From a bacterium (GTDB lineage: Bacteria; UBA8248), in the NCBI GenBank assembly GCA_965202625.1, contig CBDBBI010000010.1, positions 1,984,001 through 2,048,000 on the forward strand: a stretch of 64,000 bases of DNA. Direction: 5' to 3'. The position numbers and the translations under genes were made by a program. Below the pieces are notes generated by a model, which saw only the letters and a list, made by a program, of their open reading frames with translations, did not search any database and was not told the origin of the DNA. Positions 54,063 through 63,053 of this stretch are shown here, piece after piece (within the stretch, counting starts at the first letter, position 1; each line of letters begins with the position of its first letter).

Positions 54063-54469
54063 GGGTTCGGGAGTGTTTTTTGCAAGCGGTGGCGATTGTG
54101 GGAGCGGAAGAAGACGTCAGGGACGCTTGGGCGGCCATGAACAGGATCAACGCGCCTTGGGCGGCGGTTTTCGATGCCAAGCGGCTGGTTGGCGTCTTGA
54201 ACAAGGAAGATATCGATGCGTTGATTCGCACGCCTGAGACGTTTCAAAACGCGGGCGATGTCGCCCATGGAGGAGCACCCGCCAGGCGGGCGATGTCGTT
54301 GTCTCCAAACGCGGATTTGAACGAGGCCGTCCTTCAGCTTGAAATGGCGGAAGCCGATGCCGCTTTTGTCGAAGGCGTTGGCGGACCGCCCAGCGTCCTG
54401 GAGGCGGATGTGGCCAATCGTGCGCTGTCGCGCTCTTCGCGTTGTTCTCCTCGTTTTCGGAGCTGGTGA
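54059..54469 (+). CDS. Divergent CBS-domain protein
   Basis: VRDAWAAM...AVFDAKRLVGVLNKEDI; second repeat degenerate. Confidence 0.55.
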   Translation: MRVRECFLQAVAIVGAEEDVRDAWAAMNRINAPWAAVFDAKRLVGVLNKEDIDALIRTPETFQNAGDVAHGGAPARRAMSLSPNADLNEAVLQLEMAEADAAFVEGVGGPPSVLEADVANRALSRSSRCSPRFRSW

Positions 54470-54483
54470 GTGGAGGGATGTCC

Positions 54484-55680
54484 ATGGAATTCACGTTGAA
54501 TGAAGAACAGTTGCGAATTCAGCAGATTGCCAGAAAATTCTCTTATGAAGAATTGGCCCCGGTGGCTCCTGAGCGCGATCAAATTCAAAACTGGGAGGAG
54601 CGAATGCCGTGGGACTTGACGGAAAAGGCGAGCGCCCTGGGGCTCAGGCAGCTGCCTTACCCCAAAGAATATGGCGGCATGGATGCCGACGTGCTTTCGT
54701 GCTGTCTGGCGGGAGAGGAGCTTGCCGCGGGCGATCTGGGTTTTGCGGTCAACCTGGATCAGACGTGGAAGCTGTCCCATATACTGCAAAAAGTAGAGCC
54801 TGCGCTCAGAGACGTCTGGATGAAGCGCTTATGTGAGGAGCCGAGATTCCTGGTCGCGATTTCCATGACCGAGGAAGGAGCGGGGAGCGATCATCAAGGA
54901 TATTACGACGACCCCTCCATCGCGCTTTATGCGCGCGCGGAGAGAAAAAACAGCAAGTGGATCATCAACGGGAAAAAGCGCTACATCAGCAATGGTCCTG
55001 TGGCTTCGTTATACGTTTTGGCGGCGAGAACCGACCTCAGCAAAAATTTAAGAGAAGGATTGACCGGTTTTCTCGTTCCCAGAGACGCCCCTGGCGTATC
55101 GATTGGCCGCGTGCATGAGAAAATCGGGCAACGCCTTTCCATGAACGCAGAAATATTTTACGAGGACGTCGAGATTCCCGAGAGTCACGTTATCCTGGGC
55201 GAGGGGAACATGTTTGAGATCAGGGGCAATCTTCTGGCGATGGGAAAGCCAGAAGCCGCCGCCACGGCCCTGGGCGTCGGGCGCGCCGCGTTCGAGAAGG
55301 CACTGGATCACGGCCGCAAGCGCGTCCAGGGGGGAAAGCCCATCGCCCGCCACCAGGCGATAGAAACCATGCTCGCTGACATGGCGATGAATTTGGACGT
55401 CGCTCGTACCTATATCTGGCGCACCGCATGGGCGGTGGATCATCAAAAGCCCTACGATTTCACGCAAGGGTGGAAGTGTAAAATTTTCGCATCAGAGGTC
55501 GCCTTTGATTGCGCGCGCCTGGGCATGGAGATATTCGGTGGGGCGGGCATCATGCGTGATGCGCCGATGGAGAAATATCTTCGCGACGCCAGCACGTTCC
55601 TGCATTCAGACGGCACCAATCAAATCTTGCGGCTGCGGACGGCGCAAGCATATGTGAATGGCGCGGCCACGGCGTTTTAG
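54484..55680 (+). CDS. Acyl-CoA dehydrogenase family protein
   Basis: YPKEYGG, MTEEGAGSD, INGKKRYISNG, RVQGGKPI, IFGGAG, EKYLRDA. Confidence 0.92.
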   Translation: MEFTLNEEQLRIQQIARKFSYEELAPVAPERDQIQNWEERMPWDLTEKASALGLRQLPYPKEYGGMDADVLSCCLAGEELAAGDLGFAVNLDQTWKLSHILQKVEPALRDVWMKRLCEEPRFLVAISMTEEGAGSDHQGYYDDPSIALYARAERKNSKWIINGKKRYISNGPVASLYVLAARTDLSKNLREGLTGFLVPRDAPGVSIGRVHEKIGQRLSMNAEIFYEDVEIPESHVILGEGNMFEIRGNLLAMGKPEAAATALGVGRAAFEKALDHGRKRVQGGKPIARHQAIETMLADMAMNLDVARTYIWRTAWAVDHQKPYDFTQGWKCKIFASEVAFDCARLGMEIFGGAGIMRDAPMEKYLRDASTFLHSDGTNQILRLRTAQAYVNGAATAF

Positions 55681-55703
55681 CGACGCGGAAAGAGGCGTTT
55701 GGA

Positions 55704-56255
55704 ATGACGGACTGGCTGAACGAACGGCGACAGGGTGAATTGTTCCATCAAGCAGGGGAGGCGACGAGGATTCGTACCGCGCGTTGGCTGGAAAGGGTGC
55801 GCGCGGAATTTTCTGTCTTTGCATCGTCTGAGGGCGTTGCGGAAATCAGAATGCTCTACGGCGTAGAGAAACCTCTTGCGGCGCGTTGCGCGAATGAACG
55901 GTCAACGTCATTGGGCACGGAAGCCTCCAAGCAAATAGAAGAATATCTGAGGGGTGCGCGGCGGAGTTTTCGGTTGAAAACGGACCTCTCCTCTCTCACG
56001 CCCTTCATGCGAAAAGTCCTCAGACAGACTGAGAAAATTCTTTACGGGCAGACGCGCTCCTACGGATGGGTGGCGAAGCGGATCGGCAGCCTGAAGGCGT
56101 CGCGCGCCGTTGGGCAGGCGTTGCATAGAAATCCCGTTCCTCTTGTAATACCCTGACATCGGGTCATCGCGAGCTCAGGCGAGCTCGGTGGATTCGCCAG
56201 TGGTCTATCGCTGAAAGCGGCGCTCCTGGCGCACGAGATGGATCACGAAACCTAG
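55704..56255 (+). CDS. ogt: Selenocysteine-containing methylated-DNA-protein-cysteine methyltransferase (Sec151)
   Basis: YGQTRSYG...RAVGQALHRNPVPLVIP-TGA(56154)-HRVIASSGELGGFASG...K..LL.HE. The TGA sits exactly at the PCHR catalytic Cys. Confidence 0.9.
56157..56192 (+). promoter_or_regulatory. Putative bacterial SECIS element
   Basis: Hairpin CGAGCTC-AGGC-GAGCTCG (56170-56187); 20 nt between UGA and loop. Confidence 0.7.
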
Positions 56256-56309
56256 ATGATTTGGCTCGCATCCTGCGGTATGTGAGAGACATATCTGGAG
56301 GAAGAAAAA

Positions 56310-56885
56310 ATGTCGAGGAGCATGGCGGATTTTATCGATCAGGTGCGCGAAATAGTGAAGGCGGGCGGTTCGGAGGAGGAAATCACCGCACGGGTGGCGG
56401 CGGGCCTTGTGCCGCTTTTGGATGACCCCAACCTGCTGAACGCCGATCATCTATTGGTGAAAAAAGAAGGTTTTACGCTCAACCGGATTCACGTCGAGCT
56501 GGACGAGAGCTTCTCCGTGGGCACCGGTATATGGGACGTGGGCCAGACCACCCCGATTCACGATCATGGCGCTTGGGGGGTGATAGGCATTTACCGCGGC
56601 ATGGAGAGAGAAGAAAGTTTTTTGCGCGAAGGCCCCAGGGAAAGCGGCGCCTGCGTGAGGCTCATCCCCAAGGGCGTGCGCGTGGCTGGTCCCGGAGACG
56701 TTTTTGTCTGCTGCACGCAAGATGATGACGTGCATCGCGTCAGTTGCGCTTCGTCCCAGCCCGTGGTGGGCATCCACGTGTATGGCGGCGATCTGGCCAA
56801 GATACCGCGTTTTCAGTATGAGGAATCCACCGGCCAGGTGAAGTCGTTTCAGACGGGGTGGGACTATGCGAAAGTTTCCGCCTGA
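56310..56885 (+). CDS. Cysteine dioxygenase-like thiol dioxygenase (cupin)
   Basis: WDVGQTTPIHDHGAWG...DVHRV...IHVYG (3-His iron site). Confidence 0.82.
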   Translation: MSRSMADFIDQVREIVKAGGSEEEITARVAAGLVPLLDDPNLLNADHLLVKKEGFTLNRIHVELDESFSVGTGIWDVGQTTPIHDHGAWGVIGIYRGMEREESFLREGPRESGACVRLIPKGVRVAGPGDVFVCCTQDDDVHRVSCASSQPVVGIHVYGGDLAKIPRFQYEESTGQVKSFQTGWDYAKVSA

Positions 56886-57029
56886 ATCATAAAAACGGTC
56901 GATTTTCTTTTCAGGGTGCCTGGAAAACTCGTCTCTGGAATTTGACAAGAGGCGGCTGAGACGAGAGCGCGCATCCCGCCTGGCCAAGGGTCGTCGTCGC
57001 TTCTCCTCAGACGTTGATGGGTACGCCAT

Positions 57030-57734
57030 CTACCACGCCATGGGCTTTCTGTCCTGAAAATAGCCTCCAGTCGGTCCATCATCGGGTAAAAGGGCGAGCC
57101 ACGTGGGCGTGTCCGCTCCCTCGTCGATGGATTTCGAGGCATTCTTGCCTCCCATGTCGGTTCTCACCCATCCTGGATGACAACAATTCACCAACACTCC
57201 GGCATTCCGGAATTCATCGGCGAGGATCTTCGTCAGCGCGTTCAGCGCGGTTTTGGTGATTCGATACGCGGGAGAGCCTCCCCTCATGGTGGCGAGAGAG
57301 CCCATGCCGCTCGAGACGTTCACGATTCTGCCTGTCGCGCTCCTCTTCAGAAGAGGTGCCAGGGCCTGGCACATCATGAGGGGGCCGTATAAGTTCGTCT
57401 CCATCATTTCGCGGACGATCTCGACGGGAACGTCCATTCCCGTCATTCCCCCATCTTTTCTGATGGCCGCGTTATTGACTAAAACGTCCAGCCGGCCAAA
57501 TTCTTTGGTCAGAAACCCCGCCAGCGCGTCAACGCTATGCCGATCGGCGACGTTCAGGGGATGGAACATGACTTCCAGTCCTTCCTTCGCCAATCGCTCT
57601 TTGGCGATTTCACCCTTGCGCGCGTCCCGCGCCGTCAGGATGGTTTTTGCCCCTCGCTTCGCAAGCACTCGGCATATGCCGAGGCCGATGCCTTTGTTTC
57701 CACCCGTCACGACGGCGATTTTCTCCTCAGCCAA
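57030..57734 (-). CDS. SDR family carbonyl reductase
   Basis: TGGNKGIG, NNA, VSSGMG, YRITK, HPGWVRTDMGG. Confidence 0.92.
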   Translation of the reverse strand: MAEEKIAVVTGGNKGIGLGICRVLAKRGAKTILTARDARKGEIAKERLAKEGLEVMFHPLNVADRHSVDALAGFLTKEFGRLDVLVNNAAIRKDGGMTGMDVPVEIVREMMETNLYGPLMMCQALAPLLKRSATGRIVNVSSGMGSLATMRGGSPAYRITKTALNALTKILADEFRNAGVLVNCCHPGWVRTDMGGKNASKSIDEGADTPTWLALLPDDGPTGGYFQDRKPMAW

Positions 57735-57926
57735 CTTTCACCTCCTTTGTCTTTGTGGCTCGCCCCGTATGTTCAAGGCGTTTTAGGTTCTCGTCCTCGT
57801 TACGTCCGCCTGTGGCTCATCATCCAACAGAACCATTCACGAGGACAGCCCGATCGTGCGCGGCGCATCTGTTGCGTGTTATATCATGGGGAGAAATCGT
57901 CTCGCGCTCTCTGGGCGCATTCATCC

Positions 57927-58652
57927 ATGCGTAGTGGAAAGAAGCGATTGAATTCGGTTCATTTGATCTTGTTCGACGTGGACGGGACGCTGCTTTTAAG
58001 CGGAGGCGCGGGCGCGAGAGCGTTGAATCTCGCTTTTGCGGAAGCGTATGGCGCACCGAATGCGATGCGCCATGTGCAGCCCCACGGAAAGACGGATGCA
58101 CTCATCATACAAGAAATGTTTCGCTCTCATCTTGGGCGTTGTGCGAGTGTGCCTGAAGTGAAGTCTCTTTTACGGAAATACCTGGAAATCCTGCCTGCTG
58201 CGGTTTCTGCTTCTCCAAACTTTCAGTTGATGCCCGGAATTTCCGACTTGCTCGCGCACTTGTATGATCGGCAAGATGTCCTCATGGGGCTGGGGACGGG
58301 AAACGTTGAGGAGGGTGCGCGGATCAAGCTTGCGCGCGGCGGGTTGAACCGCTTTTTTTCGTTTGGGGGCTTCGGCTCTGATTCTGGAGAGAGGACGGAA
58401 TTGCTGGAAGCGGGGTTTCGGCGCGGCGAGGGAATCATTCAAAAGAAATTCTCGGGCGCGTCTGTTTCCCGCTGGGTGATAGGTGATACGTGGCGCGATG
58501 TATCTGCGGGGCGCGCGTGTGGGGCGAAGACGATGGCCGTGGCCACCGGTGGCGATTCGCTTTATGCGTTGGCGGGCGCATCTCCGGATTTCCTTTTCGC
58601 TACCCTAGAGAATGAGGAGAGGTTTTGCGAGATTTTGGATGCGGGTGATTAG
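57927..58652 (+). CDS. HAD-superfamily hydrolase
   Basis: FDVDGTLL, TGN, IGDTWRD. Confidence 0.88.
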   Translation: MRSGKKRLNSVHLILFDVDGTLLLSGGAGARALNLAFAEAYGAPNAMRHVQPHGKTDALIIQEMFRSHLGRCASVPEVKSLLRKYLEILPAAVSASPNFQLMPGISDLLAHLYDRQDVLMGLGTGNVEEGARIKLARGGLNRFFSFGGFGSDSGERTELLEAGFRRGEGIIQKKFSGASVSRWVIGDTWRDVSAGRACGAKTMAVATGGDSLYALAGASPDFLFATLENEERFCEILDAGD

Positions 58653-58655
58653 GGG

Positions 58656-59339
58656 ATGAAAGAACCTCCGTGCCCGATTGCGCCGAGCGAAGTTTCCCGG
58701 GCGTATCGGCAAATTCCCATGTGGGCGAGGGGTGAACTCGCCGATTTGTCCGAGGCGCAGCTGGACAGAACGGGCGCGGAGGAATGGGCGCGCTGGTCTC
58801 CAAGAAGACAACTGAGCCACATGGCCTACATCACGACGAGGTGGTTCATGGTTCTCTATGGCGCCACCCGCTTGCCATGGAGCGTCGTGGACATGAGCCA
58901 GTTCGCCACGTTCATCAATACACGAGACGACGACCGTCGTTTTTCGTCGGATCGGTATAGGGATGCCGAATGGTTGCATTTGCGTTTTTTTGAGGCGTGC
59001 GAAGCGGCGGCGACCCAGATTGAAAAACGCGGGGAGGAGGGCGCGACGGACAAAACGCTTCTGTTCGTTTTTACGGATTCATCTCTTGTGGGCGCGAGCG
59101 AGGAGCGTTCAGTTGATTTGTGGAATCGTTGCATGAGGTGCCATCCGGATGGATTTGTGGTCGACTCTGAACATGGGCATGGATTTCGGATTACGCCTTT
59201 TGCGATTTTGCGTCATGTGCTTTGGGACAATTTGATTCATTTGCGCTCCATCAGGTTGCATCGTGAAGCCTTGGGGCTATCGCCCGTCTATCCTGATGCT
59301 CCCCTGGGCGGCTATGCCCCCGCTTATCCAGTTCGTTGA
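58656..59339 (+). CDS. DinB/YfiT-superfamily protein
   Basis: WSPRRQLSHMA...ILRHVLWDNLIHL. Confidence 0.6.
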   Translation: MKEPPCPIAPSEVSRAYRQIPMWARGELADLSEAQLDRTGAEEWARWSPRRQLSHMAYITTRWFMVLYGATRLPWSVVDMSQFATFINTRDDDRRFSSDRYRDAEWLHLRFFEACEAAATQIEKRGEEGATDKTLLFVFTDSSLVGASEERSVDLWNRCMRCHPDGFVVDSEHGHGFRITPFAILRHVLWDNLIHLRSIRLHREALGLSPVYPDAPLGGYAPAYPVR

Positions 59340-59842
59340 TGCGAATCGTCAATCCATCACGGGCGAATTTCCTTTTCTGGTTTTTGTTCGTCTCGTTCGC
59401 ATCCGCAACGGGTGCTCTTTTGTTCTTTTCTGAATCGCTGTTTCTGGGCAGAGCGGGCGTAAAAGCGTCCTTGATGGAGGAGGCAAAGAAATTAAAGGGC
59501 ATGGCGCCAGAGGCGCGCACGAAAAACGTGGGTCGCATTCTCAAGGGGTATTTGGATGCCTCGAAACACACGAGTCGCGCGGTTGTTCGCGTTTCAGAGG
59601 CCACCGCTGATAGATTGTCGCTCGACGTGCGGCTGCCGTGGGCGGAGGTGAGTGCGAAAAAAAGAAGGCAAAGGGCGGAACTCGTTTGCCGCCTGGGCGG
59701 CGATTTGCTTGCGGGGGCGGGGGCAAAGGACGCGGTTTTTCTCGTGAACATCGTCCGGATGAGAAAAGATGCAACGGGCGGCGAGCACGTGGGCGCGATG
59801 AGGTATTCTGCGAGCGATAAAGAGTGCATCTGGAAAGAGTAG
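59336..59842 (+). CDS. Hypothetical membrane-anchored protein
   Basis: N-terminal TM helix; 4-bp overlap with the upstream gene. Confidence 0.55.
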   Translation: MMRIVNPSRANFLFWFLFVSFASATGALLFFSESLFLGRAGVKASLMEEAKKLKGMAPEARTKNVGRILKGYLDASKHTSRAVVRVSEATADRLSLDVRLPWAEVSAKKRRQRAELVCRLGGDLLAGAGAKDAVFLVNIVRMRKDATGGEHVGAMRYSASDKECIWKE

Positions 59843-59940
59843 TTTTTGGGGAAATTCCGGTCGTGTTTCAGGCTAAAAGCGCCTTGTTTCTGCTAGACTG
59901 AACGCCTATGGCTGATCTCTGACGCCGAACGGAAGGGGAA

Positions 59941-60846
59941 ATGGTTGTGGCCTTTGCAACTGTCGCCATTATAAGCCCGGGAGATATGGGACATGCGGTA
60001 GGTCGCGCGCTGGGTTCGCATGGGATTGAGGTGATAACCTGCCTTGCGAACAGAAGCGAGCGAACGAGGCGCTTGGCCTCGAAAGGGGGAATACGGGATT
60101 GTCCGACTTTGGCGGAAATGCTGGAGCGCGCGGACGTTGTGTTGTCCATCGTGCCTCCGGGCGCGGCCGTTCAGACGGCGGATGCAGTGGCGAAATCCAT
60201 GTGGGTTTCTGGCTTTCACCCCCCTTATGCGGATTGCAACGCTGTATCGCCAGAGGCGGCGCGCGCTATCGCAAGGAGAATTGCAGGTGTCGGAGCAGAT
60301 TTTATTGACGGAGGGATATTGGGTCCCCCGCCCGGCGAGGCGAGGAGTGCAACCAGGTTGTATTTCAGCGGGGAGCGGGCGGAGTCGTTGGCGGAATTGG
60401 ATGGAAAGGGAATCGTCGTTCGCATGCTTGGAGGGGAAGTGGGGCGGGCTTCTGGACTCAAGATGTGCTACGCCGCTCTCACGAAAGGAACCCACGCTCT
60501 TCAAACGGCGGTCCTCACCCTGGCGGAAGCCCTTGGCCTCACCGAGGAGGCGAGCCGTGAGTTTCAAACCAGCCAGGAGGCTCTTTATAAACAAATGGTT
60601 TCGAGCGCGCCTCGTCTTCCCGTCGTAGCGTGGCGATACGTTGATGAGATGAAACAAATTGCGCAGACCTTCGAGGCGGCCGGCGTCACCCCGATGTTTC
60701 ATCAAGGAGCGGCGGCCGTCTATTCCCATCTGGCGGGCACGCCCTTGGCGGAACAAACCTTGGAGACCATGAACAAGGCCTTGTCGCCGCATCAAGCCGC
60801 TGCGGTGTATGCGGAGTACTTGCCGATGAAAACGGACGGCAGTTGA
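59941..60846 (+). CDS. 6-phosphogluconate dehydrogenase-like NAD(P)-dependent oxidoreductase (DUF1932 type)
   Basis: ISPGDMG, DCNAVSP, DGGILGPPP, ASGLKMCYAALTKG, AWRYVDEM. Confidence 0.85.
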   Translation: MVVAFATVAIISPGDMGHAVGRALGSHGIEVITCLANRSERTRRLASKGGIRDCPTLAEMLERADVVLSIVPPGAAVQTADAVAKSMWVSGFHPPYADCNAVSPEAARAIARRIAGVGADFIDGGILGPPPGEARSATRLYFSGERAESLAELDGKGIVVRMLGGEVGRASGLKMCYAALTKGTHALQTAVLTLAEALGLTEEASREFQTSQEALYKQMVSSAPRLPVVAWRYVDEMKQIAQTFEAAGVTPMFHQGAAAVYSHLAGTPLAEQTLETMNKALSPHQAAAVYAEYLPMKTDGS

Positions 60847-60864
60847 AGCTTAGGGGAAAACGAC

Positions 60865-61536
60865 GTGCCAGAAGACTTATCCATTCCAGGGCTGGACGTT
60901 TTTCCGGAATACGGAAGCTTGGCGGATTTGTTTAGAGGAGAGACGGACGGACTTGCGCAAGAGTTCTGTGAATGGAGGTTGCCTGAGAAAAGTTGGGGGG
61001 TTTGGTCCATCAAGGAGCAAGTCAGCCATACGGCTTGGATACCGTATCTTTTTTTTCTCGAGCTCTGGCCTCCCGTTTTGTATCCGGATTCTTTGCCGCG
61101 CGATAAATCTTTGGCGGATACGGGGGATGCGGACAGAATGCTGGATCCCGTCCGATTTCCCGAAATGTCCGACGTTCTGGCAGCCCTTGATGATGCTTGC
61201 GCTTTGTGCCGGGAGGTTCTCTCGAAAGAAACGCTTGCGACGTTGAGAAACAAGGAATTGCCCAGGCGATATTCTCCGGATAGGGCGTGGTCGAACGGCG
61301 AGCGGGTGATGGACTATCTACGAAACCTTGTTTTGCCCGCCCACAAGAGCGGTTTTCGTCAAGACGAAAACGATTCGCATCTGTATTACCAGACGCTTGA
61401 ATGCACGTTTCGCCACATATTGTGGGAGGCGTATGCGCACTTGATCACGATTCAGGCATTCAAACGCATCAAAAGCTTTCCGATTCATTCCAATGTGCCG
61501 AGAGACGGATACGCCGCGTTGCTCGCATGGGAGTAG
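60865..61536 (+). CDS. DinB/YfiT-superfamily protein (paralogue of 58656)
   Basis: WSIKEQVSHTA...FRHILWEAYAHL. Confidence 0.6.
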   Translation: MPEDLSIPGLDVFPEYGSLADLFRGETDGLAQEFCEWRLPEKSWGVWSIKEQVSHTAWIPYLFFLELWPPVLYPDSLPRDKSLADTGDADRMLDPVRFPEMSDVLAALDDACALCREVLSKETLATLRNKELPRRYSPDRAWSNGERVMDYLRNLVLPAHKSGFRQDENDSHLYYQTLECTFRHILWEAYAHLITIQAFKRIKSFPIHSNVPRDGYAALLAWE

Positions 61537-61597
61537 CCGCGCTCATTTTCCGGAGTTGTTTTCGTTTTGCCATTCGACTCGAAACGGGAGATAGTCC

Positions 61598-61950
61598 ATG
61601 AATCCCCCTTGACGGGAGAGTGGCGCGTCGCCTGCTGGACGTTCGTTCGTGCAATCCGTCATGTCGGGGGGGCTTCACGCCGCTCAATGGGTTCCGCGCA
61701 TTCCGGGTTCAAAGAGATGATGGCTCCAGGATACTGCAAGTTTCGATGCCCGAGCTAGGCCGTTCGTTTGGTTCCCTCGTTGATCGAGCCTGTGCGGGGT
61801 TACACTTGCCTGCCGGCCAGCCTGGATTTGGAAGTTCAGGCCGCCGCGTTCTATCGGCAGCGGCTGCGCGACGCCCCCGCGCATCCCGACGTCGAGAACG
61901 CGGCGGACACGGACGCCCTCGCCGCCATCACGCTCGACGACCTGCTTTGA
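61598..61950 (+). pseudogene. Degraded coding remnant of unknown identity
   Basis: RBS plus ATG followed by an early stop, an in-frame TAG at 61756, and a codon-biased C-terminal stretch (...DALAAITLDDLL). Confidence 0.35.
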
Positions 61951-62002
61951 ACGACTTTTGCAACGCCCTTGCACGGCCGTTTTACGAGCCGTTTATGCCG
62001 CT

Positions 62003-62053
62003 AAAAACAGCGGATTTTCCAAGGTGTTTTGCCTCCGAAAATCCGCCGTTTTT
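62003..62053. terminator. Long inverted repeat / bidirectional terminator
   Basis: AAAAACAGCGGATTTTC...GAAAATCCGCCGTTTTT; 17-bp arms with one mismatch, between convergent genes. Confidence 0.6.
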
Positions 62054-62120
62054 CCAGGCCATTCGCAATTATTTTTGTTTGGCTACAAAGCGTTTTCGGA
62101 ACGGGCTTTAGGGATAAGCA

Positions 62121-62900
62121 CTAAAATCTGGGTTTGGAATACACCTCAAGGCAAGAAAGAATTTTTTCCGTATTTTCTTTGAGGCCAAAGAGGACGAGCC
62201 CTTCGGCTTTCTCCCCGTTCGCGAGTTTTTTCAGATCAAGAGCGCGACCATCTGGATGATGCGCGCCTCCGCCCACTTCTGCTAAAACCGCCAGGGGTCC
62301 CAGGATGTCCCAGATTTGTGGACTATCGACCAGGGCGGCGATGACGCCTCCGGTGGCTGCATATGCCACGTGAGCGGAAGCGCTTCCGTAGGCGACGGAT
62401 TTTCCCGGGTAGTCCAGCTTGTAAAACCGTTTTCGGGATGAGGGGCCAAGCATCACAGTTTGATTGGTGATTTCCACGGCCTCCAGGAACGGGAGCGTCT
62501 TTCCGTTTCTTGTGGCTCCTGCTCCCTGAATGGCGAGAAACGTCTCATCCACCATGGGCATGTGAAATCCTCCGGCGATGGGTTTTCCATTTTCCATGAC
62601 GCCGATGGATATGCCCCAGGTAGGCAGCCCATGCAGAAATGGATTTGTTCCGTCAATAGGATCGATCGCCCAAAGACGAGAGTGCCTCTGAGGCTGCGTC
62701 TCTCCGCCTCCGAGTTCTTCTCCAATCACGGCGTCTCCCGGAAACGATCCTCTGAGGCGGGAGATGATGAACCTCTCTACTTCAAAGTCGGCTTCGCTCA
62801 CCAGGCTCCGATCCTGTTTTCGGACACCTTTGGCCTTGTCTGTGAATGAGAGGGCCAGTTCTCCGGCATCTTTCAGGATATTTTCTATGAATTCGAGCAT
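62121..62900 (-). CDS. Inositol monophosphatase family protein
   Basis: VSEAD, IGEE, WAIDPIDGT, WDI. Confidence 0.9.
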   Translation of the reverse strand: MLEFIENILKDAGELALSFTDKAKGVRKQDRSLVSEADFEVERFIISRLRGSFPGDAVIGEELGGGETQPQRHSRLWAIDPIDGTNPFLHGLPTWGISIGVMENGKPIAGGFHMPMVDETFLAIQGAGATRNGKTLPFLEAVEITNQTVMLGPSSRKRFYKLDYPGKSVAYGSASAHVAYAATGGVIAALVDSPQIWDILGPLAVLAEVGGGAHHPDGRALDLKKLANGEKAEGLVLFGLKENTEKILSCLEVYSKPRF

Positions 62901-63053
62901 GGAAGCACCGAGCACTCCGATTGCTTTGAACGTGTGGCCATCGCCGAGGGAACAACCTATCCTGTGGAGCGGAAACTTTCCAGCCCGCTGGGGAAAACGC
63001 CCATCCGAGAGGTTGCGGATACCGTTTTGTTTCAATTGAGATAAGATTGGCGC

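Noticed and set aside
24438-56255. Treating the three TGA-interrupted genes as pseudogenes or as genetic-code reassignment
   Set aside because: Each TGA falls precisely at a catalytic Cys, has intact downstream coding sequence and a SECIS-like hairpin. TGA is an ordinary stop in many other genes here.
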